Position numbers and translations under genes: made by a program. Below are positions 11,482-22,794 of a DNA stretch of 64,000 nt, piece by piece. The stretch is taken from the NCBI RefSeq assembly GCF_009914755.1, contig NC_060928.1, one strand, 5' to 3'. The DNA is from the human T2T-CHM13v2.0 reference genome, Homo sapiens. Every line of letters starts with the position of its first letter. Within the stretch, counting starts at the first letter, position 1. The notes beneath the pieces are model-generated. The model did no database searches and was not told the DNA's origin. It saw nothing but the letters and a program-made list of their open reading frames with translations.

Positions 11482-11698
11482 GAACAATGAACAATGGGAA
11501 CACATGGACACAAGGAGGGTAACATCACACACTGGGGCCTGTTGGGGGTTGGGGGGCTGGGGGAGGGATAGCATTAGGAGAAATACTTAATGTAGATGAT
11601 GGGTTGATGGGTGCAGCAAACCACCATGGCACATGTATCCCTATGTAACAAACCTGCATGTTCTGCACAGGTATCCCAGAACTTAAAGTATAAAAAAA
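11482..11698 (+). mobile_element. L1PA7/8-like 3' end with short A tail
   Basis: GAACAATGGGAACACATGGACAC...G-rich tract...TATCCCAGAACTTAAAGTATAAAAAAA; second TSD copy AAAAAATCAGGTTTCTT at 11693-11709. Confidence 0.95.
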
Positions 11699-12962
11699 TC
11701 AGGTTTCTTTTAGTCCACAGATCTGGTGACCAAGTGCTGGATGAATTTATTAAGGAAATGTAGGGCCACTTTGCCACCAACCACTTGGCCAACTGGCCAA
11801 TTGCCCTTTCTTTTTTGTCTTCCATTATAGCTTCCCTTGTAGCTCTAGGTGTTTAGGTGAGGAGACATTCACTTCCACTCTGTCAGCTCACTAAACCCTT
11901 GCAAGTCTGCTTTCCGTGAATCTCAAGTGTCATCTTTTCATCTCTATGGGCAAGACTGAATAAATAGATTTTTCATGCCTTTGCCTCTTGGCTCTTAAAA
12001 AAGTTCTAAAGACAAACAGAATCCAGTTGCTCAACTATTTATTTTGTGTTGGATTGATTGGTACATTAAGTAAGTAAAAGTAGTATTTTGCTTTTTCATC
12101 ATCTGTAGATAAAACAGGGATGTGTGTTGGGTTGTTGAGTTCCTTTTCTGTTGACTCTACCTAATTCCACAGATTCAACCACAGAACATTGGATGATTAC
12201 TTAGTAAATAACCTCAATCACTTCTTAGATTTCTACTTCATCAATGTTTGTGTAGCAAACAGAACCTTGATAAGACCCAGGTTGATTGCAAAATGGATTT
12301 TCTGTGTATGTTGCCAGTGTTTTTTTTTCCCTGACAGCCTAGCTATATTTTGCAGATTTATATGCCTTCCAAAATTTGCATTCACTCCCTTCATATAAAT
12401 TTTTAAAAGATATTTACAGAATGCTGTAGTAATATTTTGAAAACACAGGTGGCTGGATTGAAATTAATATACCTCTGCAAAAGATTGTAGAGAAAAATGT
12501 GTAACTTAATAAGTATTTCAGCCAGAAAATGACAACCCTTCTTGTGATTAAGCGTTGAAATACTGTCAAATTCAAGTGATTAATTATATTATGGGAAGGC
12601 ATTAAAATTTTATGATGAGAACTGAAATCCGAATTATAAAGTGGATATTCAACGAATGACACTGCCCTTTACTGCCATCTGTACTTCAGAGTTTCTCTGC
12701 TTTATTAAATCTGTAAGCACATACATTTAAAAAAAAGTTAACTTGAAGGCCCACTAACACATTTCCTACTTTTCCTTATTACTGCATTGTCAATTTTGAT
12801 CACAATACTGCTTTTTTCTTCCTGCCTTAGGCTATGTCCTATTCCATTGTATAGCATATAACATTAAAAATTAGCCAATGTATTTAACTATTAATACATT
12901 TTAGGCATTTAGGTTTTCACATTTTTTTCCTGTTATAAGTAATACCATGTAATATTTGATTC

Positions 12963-13190
12963 ATAATAGCTAGCATTTATAGAGCACTGATTATGTTCCA
13001 GGCACATTTGTAATCACTTTACATTTATTAATCATATGAATCCTTCCAGCAGGCCTTCAAGATAGTACTATTATAAGGTTTATTTTATAGTTGTGGAAAC
13101 TGAGGCACAGAGAAACTAGCTACTTTGCCCAAGACCACACACTTGGCAATTGGTAGAGTTTGGATCCAACCTGAAGCAGTCTGACTCCAA
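12963..13190 (-). mobile_element. MIR SINE
   Basis: ATAGCTAGCATTTATAGAGCAC...GGAAACTGAGGCACAGAGA...TTGCCCAAGACCACAC...CAGTCTGACTCC. Confidence 0.85.
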
Positions 13191-13603
13191 GGTCTTCAGA
13201 GCCATCATAGAATTTTTATCTCATCTTCTAAAATTTTCTTAAGGATAGATTTCTAGAAGTGTAATGAATGGATTAAAGGAATGAAGTTACTGAAGTTATC
13301 TTAGTTTATAGAAAAAATGTGCCAATGTATATTCTCACATCACTTTATGGGGATATTTAGATTACTGCATTTTTAATAATCAACATCAAGTTATAAGCAA
13401 AAATCTCTGGTTAATCTGATAGGTTACATTTAGCATTTTATGTTGCTTTATTTGCATTTCTTCTGAGCCATAGTGTTTTAGACTGTTTTAGCGTGGTCTC
13501 TAGTTTACCTCTATTTGAGTCCCAGAGGTATCTAATTATAGGATGATTGTGGAAATTAAATGAATCCACATATGAAAGTCACCAAAACAGGCCTTGTATA
13601 TAG

Positions 13604-14683
13604 TGCTAAAAGATGAACCGAGGCACATACAATATTAAAGACAGTGATTCATAAATCGAGCAGCTCCAAACCAGAAGTAGATTGGAACTCTGCCAGTGGG
13701 AACAAGGGGAACAGTTTATAGAGTGAATGTGTAGAAAGGCAGAGAAATTATTTGATTGGTTAAAGGGGAGCAGTAGCCTTATTAGGATTATTTCAGTAGA
13801 AAATCCCTAGTTAGAGGTTAGTTGGCAGTTTCTGACTGGTTAAGATCATTTATGCTGAATTGAATTTCGTGTGTTTGACTGATGGTTGGCAGCCCTTAGG
13901 TAGCTTCAAGGTAGGGGCTGGTCAACTGAAATACCAAAGTGGGATTAGAGGGTTGGGACTTCCAGTCCTACATCCTAACCTCCAGGGACGGAAGAGGGGC
14001 TAAAGGCAATCACCAGTGGCCAATGATTTAATCAATCGTGCCTCCATAATGAAACTTCCATAAAAACATTTTAAAAAAATGTGTTCTTAGAGCTTCTGGA
14101 TAGCTGAATACATGGGGGGTCCTGGAGGGTGGTGTGCCCGGGGAGCGCATGGGAGCTCTGTGCCCCTTTCCCTTCAGTTGCGCTATGCATCTCTTCATCT
14201 GTTTCATTAGCTATGTCCTTTATAGTAAACTGGCAAATGTTTCCTGAGTTCTGTGAGCTGCTCTAGCAAGTTAGTCAAACCTAAGGAGGAGGTCACGGCA
14301 ACTCCAATTTGTAGCCCGTAGCACAGGTAAAACAACTTGGGACTTGCAATTAGCATTGGAAGAAATGGGTTGGGGGCATTCTTGCGGGACTGAGCCGTCT
14401 ACCTGTAGGATCTGACACTATCTCCACAATTTTGATTGTGTCAAAATTGAATTGGAGGACACCTAGCTGATGTCTGCTGCAGACAGCTTGCTTAATTGGT
14501 GTGTATTAAACCCCCCTCCCCCCGCCACATGTTTGGTCACAGAAATCCTGTGTTGATTGTTGTTTGTTAGGTGAGAGAATACAAAAACACGGTTTGAGTG
14601 TTTTTCCTCGGTTTCCTTACATAGGAACCCAGGGTACTGGAGTCGCCTCAGTCTAAATGGCCTCCCAATTAATTATGTTAACA
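13604..14683 (-). mobile_element. ERV1-class LTR (MER57/MER93-like) inserted in a MIR 3' end and split by MER21
   Basis: TGCTAAAAGA...TTAACA termini; probable 4-bp TSD ATAG/ATTG; MIR tail resumes at ~14684 (GTAAGCACTTGATAGATG). Subfamily uncertain. Confidence 0.65.
13870..14607 (+). mobile_element. MER21 LTR
   Basis: GGGATTAGAGGGTTGGGACTT, CACCAGTGGCCAATGATTTAATCAATC, TCCTGAGTTCTGTGAGCTGCTCTAGCAA motifs. Confidence 0.85.
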
Positions 14684-14938
14684 ATTGTAAGCACTTGATA
14701 GATGCTGGTTATGTTATTATTTATTTGTTAGTAAGTGTAAGCATTGTTTTCTGTGGTTTTTGACCACTTGTATTCTCTTGTAACTACAGTTGACCCTCAT
14801 TTGTGGGTTTTGCATCCACTGATTCAGCCAACTGGATCAAAAATATTTTTAAAAACCCAATTAAAATAACAATATACCAATAAAATAATACAAATAAAAA
14901 TACAATAAAACAATTATGTACATAGTGTTTACATTGTA

Positions 14939-17551
14939 CAGGTTGAATATCCCTTATCTGTAATGCTTGGGACCAGAAGTGTTTCAAATTTCAGATTTTG
15001 GAATATTTATGTATGCACAGAGATATCCTGGGGATGAGACCCACGTCCAAACACAAAATTTATTTATGTTTTATATGTTTATGTTTTATATACAATAATT
15101 TAAATAATTTTGTGCATGAAATAGTTTGTGTACATTGAACAATCAGAAAACAAAGATATCACTATCTCAGCCACCCATGTGGAAAAATCTGTGGTCTTGT
15201 GGCATTATCATCATTCCTGACTCTGAATTTATATGCTACCAATATGCAACCATTTTCTTACACTTATTCATGCATAAGTACTTAACAGTAAAAAAAATTG
15301 CATACCATTAATACAATGAAAAAATAATGTGTTCAGGGTAACTCAGCAACAAGGTAGCATCATGGAATTACCTACATTACCTATATCGGTTGTTAAACAA
15401 CAGAAACAACAAACAGGGCAGGCTTTCAGTTTCCACCTACAAGGCTGTGTTTTGGTTAAAAGGTTACTATATGCTGTATTTTATTTTATTTCAGGTGGGA
15501 AGAAACATCAGAAGCAGTTGAGGGATCAAGAAGTGGGTCCTCCAGGGATGAGGAGGCATTCTGCTTCACGGCTTTTTAAAATCTTTCCTCCTGAGTCATC
15601 TTCCCATTAATGACTTTTTTTTGGTTTGTTTGTTTTATAAATCTCTTTTTGATTTTATAAACTGAAGATTTCTTGTTCTGTAATAAACACACACTTTTCT
15701 AGTCCTTCAATAAACTTTCACACATTTTTATCATGTTGTCTATAGGCACTTTTTCCACAGTTTTAACGTCATCTTCATGATCACTGTAATCATGATCACC
15801 TTAATTTGGAACCATCTGGGCTCTTTGACCACTGGTCAGTGAATTAACTGGAGCCTCATTATCGATGTTAAAAATGTCTCCAATATCTACTGCTTCGAAC
15901 TTACTGGTAAACTCTGAAGTTCCATATTTTTGCATATGTAAGAATATCCAGCATCATTTTATTTCTCACTTGACACATGGAATCCTTCAAACTCACCACC
16001 TTGTTCATCACATCACTGAACATAATCCCAGGGCAGAGGTTGTGCCAGGCATATACCCAACTGTCTTTAACCACTGTGATCGTAGCATTGGCAACAGCAT
16101 GTATGGTATCTTTCATGCTAAATTCTTCTTGAAAATCTGACACATCCATGCCTCCATTTGCTGCTGCTAGCATGCTGTTAAAGAAAGTGTTTTAATATTT
16201 ATACTTCCTTTATATTTGGGAGAAAGCACATGAAGTACACGTGTAAACATTATTTTTGATGAGAATTTCAGCTGCGGGATGACCAGAATAGTTGTCAAGG
16301 AATAACAATATTTTGCAGTCTAGCTTCCCTGCAGTGAGCAGGAGCTGCTGTTACAAAAATATTTGTGAAAACAATCAGAAAAGATGTCCCTGATTATCCA
16401 TGCCTTTTTATGAGCAGAACAGTGAAACGGCAAGAAATTCACTCCTTAAGAATGGTGAGAACACAAGCTTTTGCCTATCACAGCAAGTTTACACTTATGT
16501 ATGTCCGTTGCATTAGCACATCCCAGCAGTTATTCTATCCTTGCTATTCTTAAGTCCTGTAGGAGCTGCCGCAATAATGCCAAAATGGTGATGTTTCATC
16601 AGCATTATAGACTTGTTCTGACATCAGATTTTCATCACTGATGACCTTGGCAAACTCATTAATGAATTTCTCCACCGCTTCATAATCAGTAAAGTTTTAT
16701 CACCACAAAATTGTTAAAAAATTAATGCCATGTCTTTTCTTAAATTTCTGCAACCAGCCTGTCAAATATTCACAGTTCCCTTCAAGTTTCAGTTGATTGT
16801 AATAGATGTTTGTTTGTTTCATGATTAGTATACCATTAAGTGGCATGTGTTCACTGATGCTCATGGATCTACTCTTTCAATACATGATTGGAATCATTAT
16901 TTTTCAGCTGTATGCAGTGTTTTCTATGTTTTCATTAACTTATGTCCATCACTTTTAGCATAGAACTTCAACAGTTTCTCTTTTACTTCTTCAGGTCAAA
17001 TATGGTGATCATTCCCACAACATATTCTTCTGTGGGATGTTTCACACTTAAACTGCTGTTCAGCTTCTCCAACAACTTGACTTTCTGTGCTATAGCTAAA
17101 CATAAATACTTCCTATTTCTCTAATCACTGTTACCCATAGGGGTATCTGCAGGCCTTTTTGACATTTTCAACAATATCTTTACACCACAGAGCAGAGAAT
17201 AAGCAAAAATTGTCGTGAGTAATTCACATACGTCTTGGCCCTATGTGGGCCATTGCGGGGAACATGCTGTTAGTGTGTCAGGTACACGTGTCATTTTATT
17301 ACCTTTTGTAGGTGTGCTTGCATTGGGCAATCTGGGCTTGTGTAGAAAAGATATATCACAGTTGAAAGAGGCAGAGTCTTTTTTCCCTTGAGGATGCTGA
17401 ATAAACTGTGTGTTGTGTGCCTATGTTTTGACTGAAACCTGTCACATGAGATTAGGCACAGAATTTTCCACTTGTGGTGTCACCAGTGCTAAAAAAATGA
17501 ATTTTGGAGCATTTTAGATTTAATATTTTGGGATTAGAGTTTCTCAACCTA
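14939..17551 (-). mobile_element. Tigger4 (Zombi) DNA transposon, near full length
   Basis: TIRs CAGGTTGAATATCCCTTATC ... GATTAGAGTTTCTCAACCT; TA before the left end; ~2.6 kb. Confidence 0.88.
15600..17165 (-). pseudogene. Decayed Tigger/pogo (CENP-B/Jerky-like) DDE transposase
   Basis: Minus-strand ATG at 17165 reads MSKRPADTPMGNSD*RNRKYLCLAIAQKVKLLEKL (HTH start); ORF 15901-16173 reads FQEEFSMKDTIHAVANA...AWHNL (DDE C-terminal part); stops and frameshifts. Confidence 0.8.
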
Positions 17552-18417
17552 CATTAGGAATGATAAGTAATCTAAGTGTAATATAAAGTATATAGGATGC
17601 ATATTCATGCATAGGTTATATGTAAATACTATGCCATTTTATATAAGAGAATTGAGCACCCATGGATTTTGGCATTCAAGGGGGGTCCTGGAAGCAATCA
17701 CCTGCTGATACTGAGGGATGACTGTATTCATTTATGATCTTATTTTCAGAAATTTATTGACAAATGATTTCCTACACTATTCCTTTAATGTAGCATTGAA
17801 TTATTTTCTCTTTGTTAAGGAAGAAAGAGAGAGACTGTGTTGATTTAATCAAACCTAACATTTGACTGAAGCTCTTAAAAACTAAAGTACATTTAAGAAA
17901 TATAATACTATGAAATAATGCCTCCCCTTGCTTCACCAATCAACATATACACAAAAGCCTGTACTGCTTTTTGTAATTTAAAAAGAAAGATAATGGAAAA
18001 ATCAAGTTTGGGGTAGTAGAAATACAAGAAACACATTTCATTACAGAGCTCAGAGGATTATGCATCTATTTCTTTGTATTACAGAATCAATTGTGAATTT
18101 GACATTTTATGATAAAAACCCTGAAACAAGGCAACTGGTGACTAGTTTGAAGGGGAAATGTGCTTAGTGTATAATTAATAGAGGCAAACCATTATAGAGA
18201 ACGAAAAATAAAATTAAATAAGCATACATGTTGACTACTCGGGGGAGGGGAGGTAGAATAAAGTGTGAATCATTTTACTTCGGACTAAAATAACATGTTT
18301 TGATAATTGTATTGTGAAGTTTTATATCCAGTCTACTGTGGCACTAAGCATCTTTACTAAGTTGAAGAACGATTAGCTGTGACTTTAAAACAATAGGTAG
18401 AATTAGCATTAAATGAG

Positions 18418-18792
18418 TGTATTAGTCCATTTTCACACTACTATAAAGACATACCCTAGACTGGGTAATTTATAAAGAAAAGAGGTTTAATTGACTCACA
18501 GTTCCTCATAGCTGGCCTCAGGAAACTTTCAATCATGGCAGAAGGTGAGAGAGAAGCAAAGACATGTCTCACATGGTGGCAGACGAGAGAGAGTGAAGGA
18601 GCAAAGAGGGAAGGGCCACTTGTAAAACCATCAGATCTTGTGAGAACTCACTCACTATCATGAGAACAGCATGGGGGAAACCACCCCATGATCCAATCAC
18701 CTCCCACCAGGTCCTGCCTTCCACATGTGGGGATGATGGGGATTACAATTTGAGATGAGATTTGGGTGGGGACACAGAGCCAAACCATATCA
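18418..18792 (-). mobile_element. MSTA-like MaLR solo LTR
   Basis: TGTATTAGTCCATTTTCAC...CAATTTGAGATGAGATTTGGGTGGGGACACAGAGCCAAACCATATCA. Confidence 0.9.
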
Positions 18793-19053
18793 CCTAAAGC
18801 CAAAATATTTAAAGTGAGAAAAAAGGCAGAGATCTGTGGATTTGCAGAATGCATGTAAGAGTTAACAAGTTCATCAAATTCTTGTTCTAGTTGTGTGTGC
18901 ACGAATGCACTAAACTCACAGTTAGTGAAGAAGAAACCCAAAGAATAGAAAGAGTTTGCTAACCTAGATTATTAACAGGACTGATAACAGCAATAGCCAA
19001 AGCTGGAGTGTGCACCCTGGCCATGCACTGTGCAGAGCACTTTACAGGCCTTA

Positions 19054-21383
19054 TGTTAGGATTTGGCTGTGTCCTCACCCAAATCTCATCTCGAATTGTA
19101 GCTCCCATAATTCCCATGTGTCATGGGAGGAACACAATGGGAGGTAATTGAATCATGGGGGTGGGTCTTTCCCGTGCTGATCTCCCAATAGTTAATAAGT
19201 CTCATGAGATCTAAGGGTTTTATAAGAGGGAGTTCCCCTGCACAAATTCTCTGGCCTGCTGGCATGTAAGACATAACTTTGCTCCTCATTTGCTTTCCAC
19301 TATGATTGTGAGGCCTCCCTAGCCATGTGGAACTGTGAGTCAATTAAAACTCTTTCCTTATAAATTACCAGTCTCAGATATGTCTTTATTACCACTGTGA
19401 GTACAGACTAATACAGTAAATTCGTACCAGTAGAGTGGGCTGCTGTTGTAAAGATACCTAAAAATATGGAAGTGACTTTGGAACTGGGTAACAGGCAGAG
19501 GTTGGAACAGTTTGGAACAGAAGAAGACAGGAATATGTGGGAAAGTTTGGAACTCCCTAGAGACTTGTTGAATGGCTTTGACAAAAATGTTGATAGTGAT
19601 ATAAAGTACAGGCTGAGGTGGTCTCAGATGGAGATGAGGAACTTGTTGAGAACTGGAGAAAAGGTGACTCTTGTTATGTTTTAGCAAAGAGACTGGCAGC
19701 ATTTTGCCCCTGCCCTAGAGACTTGTGGAACTTTGAACTTGAGAGAGATTATTTCAGGCATCTGATGGAAGAAATTTCAAAGCAACAAAGCATTCAAGAG
19801 GTGACTTGGGTGCTGTTAAAAGCATTCAGTTTTATTCACAAAGATATGGTTTGGAATTGGAACTTATGTTTAAAGGGGAAGCAGATCATAAAAGTTCAAA
19901 AAATTTGCAGACTGATGATGTGATAGAAAAGAAAAACCAATTTTCTGAGGAGAAATTCAAGCCAGCTGCAGAAATTTGCATAAGTAATGAGGAGCCAAAT
20001 GCGAATCACCAAGATAATAAGGAAATTGTCGCCAGGGTATGTCAGAGACCTTTCTGGCAGCCCCTCCCATCACAGGGCCAGAGGCCTAGGAGGGAAAAAT
20101 GGTTTCATGGGCCAGGCCCAGGGCCTCCCTGCTCTGTGCAGCCTAGGGACTTGGTGTTCTGCATCTCAGCCACTCCAGCTGTGGCTAAAAGGGGCCAAAG
20201 TACAGCTTGGACCATGGCTTTAGAGGGAGCAGGCACCAAGCCTTGGCAGCTTCCATGTGATATTGAGCCTGCGGGGGCACAGAAGTCAAGAATTGGGGTT
20301 TGAGAAACTCTGCCTAAATTGCAGAGGATGTATGGAAACGCCTGGATGTCCAGGCAGAAGTTTTCTGCAGGGGTAGAGCCCTCATGGAGAACCTCTAGTA
20401 GGATGGTGCAGAAGGGTAATGTGGAACTGGAGCCCCCACACAGAGTCCCCAATGGGGCACTGCCTAGTGGAGCTGTGAGAAGAAGGCCACTGTCCTCCAG
20501 ACCCCAGAATGGAGATGTCCCGACAACTTGCACCATGCATCTGGAAAAGCCACAGATGCTCAACACCAGCCTGTGAAAGCAGCCAGGTGGGAGGCTGTTC
20601 CCTGCAAAGTCACAGGGGTGGAGCTGCTCAAGAGCATGGAAACCCACCTCTTGTATCAGTGTTACGTGGATGTGAGACATGGAGTCATAGGAGATCATTT
20701 CAGAGCTTTAAGATTTGACTTCCCCACTGGATTTTGGACTTTCATGGGGCCTGTAGCCCCTTCATTTTGTCCAATTTATCCCATTTGGAATGGATATATT
20801 TATCCACTGCCTATAACCCCATTGTATCTAGGAAGTAACTAACTTGCTTTGGATTTTACAGGCTGATAGAGGGACTTGCCTTGCCTAGGATGAGACTTTA
20901 GACTGTGGACTTTTGAGTTAAGACTCTAAGGGACTGTTGGGACTCTAAGGGACTGTTGGGAAGGCATGCTTGGTTTTGAAATGTGAGGACATGAGATTTG
21001 GAAGAGGCTAGGGGCAGAATGATGTGGTTTAACTGTATCCCCACCCAAATCTCATTTTGAATAGTAGCTCGCATAATTCCCACATATCATGGGAGGGACC
21101 CAATGAGAGGTAATTGAACAATGTGGGTGGGTCTTTCCTATGCTGTTCTCATGATAGTGAATAAATATCACAAAATCTGATGGTTTTATAAAGGAGAGTT
21201 CCCCTGCTCAAGCTCTCTTGCCTGCCGCCATGTAAAATGTGACTTTGCTCCTCACTTGCCTTCTGCCATGATTGTGAGGCCTCCCCAGCCATGTGAAACT
21301 GTGAGTCAATTAAACCTCTTTTCTTTATAAATTACCCAGTCTTGGGTATGTCTTTATTATCAGCATGAGAACAGACTAATACA
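19054..21383 (+). mobile_element. Full-length THE1 (C/D-like) MaLR: LTR 19054-19415, internal 19416-21019, LTR 21020-21383
   Basis: Two LTRs ending GACTAATACA; internal region starts GTAAATTCGTACCAG; polypurine tract before the 3' LTR; TSD CCTTA at 19049-19053 and 21384-21388. Confidence 0.95.
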
Positions 21384-21569
21384 CCTTACTTCATTCACAA
21401 TAACCCATTAGGGAGCTATTGTCATCCTCACCGCAGCTCAAAGCTATTGAGAGGCACTGCTGATATTCAAAGCCAGATCTCTTTCAAAGCCCATGTTTTT
21501 ATTCACTTGGGGATGACGCTAGTTTTTCCTAGTCCCATTATTTTTTGATATTATCTACTTCTGTCCTAA

Positions 21570-21925
21570 TTATTTATTCATTTAGTCATGTATGCTTTAT
21601 GTATCAAAATAGTTATGGGGTTCTTAATATGTGCCATGCCCTGTGCTACATGCTGTTCATATAGCAGGAATTTTTTGGATATGTATTTCTTCCATTCACA
21701 TAACTTATAGTTGATCAGAGGAGCTGAGAATTTCAGAAGGAGTAATAATCATGAAGCAGCATTTATTAATTAGAAAGTGCCAGGCCCATTTCTAGGTATT
21801 TGCTGTACTGTCTCCATAATTTTTGCAACAACCCTTTACAAGGAACCTGGGACTCAGATACACTTGGTAATTTGTTCAGATATCAACCAGCTATCAAGTG
21901 CCTGACTAGGAATCAAGCCTTGGCC
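21570..21925 (-). mobile_element. L2 3'-end fragment followed by MIR fragment
   Basis: TATTTATTCATT...TATGTGCCATGCCCTGTGCTA; AGCATTTATT...GTGCCAGGC...CAACAACCCT. Confidence 0.55.
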
Positions 21926-22160
21926 TGCAAGATGTCCTGCTGCCTCACAGCTGGCTCCTTACTATGCCCCTCAATTCTGCAGTGGACTTTTCACCAGGAA
22001 CATAAGTCCCAGTGCCACCATGTTCTGGATTTTTTTGTCACTGTTTTGTTGCTACTTTTCTTCTAGGTCACTTCCCTTGCCAGAATTTTGCATTCTGCAC
22101 AGAAAGAGACATTTTTGTACAGTTATCTCTAACAGCCCCTATTTTCATCTTCCACCAGAA

Positions 22161-22173
22161 ACACACACACACA

Positions 22174-22210
<37 letters not shown>
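22161..22210. repeat. (CA)n microsatellite with one interruption
   Basis: Direct reading. Confidence 0.97.
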
Positions 22211-22213
<3 letters not shown>

Positions 22214-22794
22214 TTGGCCTTAGGGGCAAACATTAGGTAAACTAATATTCAATATGTTAATTAAGCAGTCTCAGGAAAAATCAGACTACAGTAGCTTTTT
22301 GCTTTGCAAGGCACATATATGCAAACCCCAAACAATTTTCATCTGTGACATATTAGCCACATTCCCTCTAAATCAGTCTTCTTTTAGGTTGCCTCATAAT
22401 CCTTGATGATGTGACACAATTTAGATATATCTTTCTAAATCATTTCAATCACTCCTATAAATGTGTCACAACCATATGCTAGCTCTGGCAAAATGATAAA
22501 TCTTTACTGTAAGCTATATGCTTAGACTTGTGGGACTATCTGTCTAAGGAATACATGGGCTACAGGAGTCAGCTTTCTATACACTATCAGTTCTTTGAAG
22601 AGCATTAAAATATTTCAACATATAATATCTTAATTTAACAAGTAAATGCAGATGCCTTAAGATTCCCTATCTTGGAGTAGTTGGCTGACACCTTCTCCAG
22701 AAAGCATAGTTAACCTGCTGCATGACAAAGGGCAAGTTATTCTATCCTTCTGCAAGTTCGAATTTTTATTTACTTTTAAAATGGGGATGATATC

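Larger units (their letters stand above)
14787..17724 (-). mobile_element. MER2 (TcMar-Tigger MITE), split into 14787-14938 and ~17552-17724
   Basis: TA-flanked ends CAGTTGACCCTC... and ...GAGGGATGACTG; the two halves join into the MER2 consensus. Confidence 0.85.

Noticed and set aside
8992-11522. Two similar ORFs starting MCFNISNVY that look like paralogous genes
   Set aside because: They are just the two arms of the inverted duplication; no coding evidence and their C-termini differ.
11533-11567. G-quadruplex-like tract
   Set aside because: Standard G-rich tract of the L1PA 3' UTR; not novel.
19358-20842. Cluster of overlapping 70-197 aa ORFs
   Set aside because: All lie within THE1 internal sequence; fragmented MaLR remnants or antisense chance frames.
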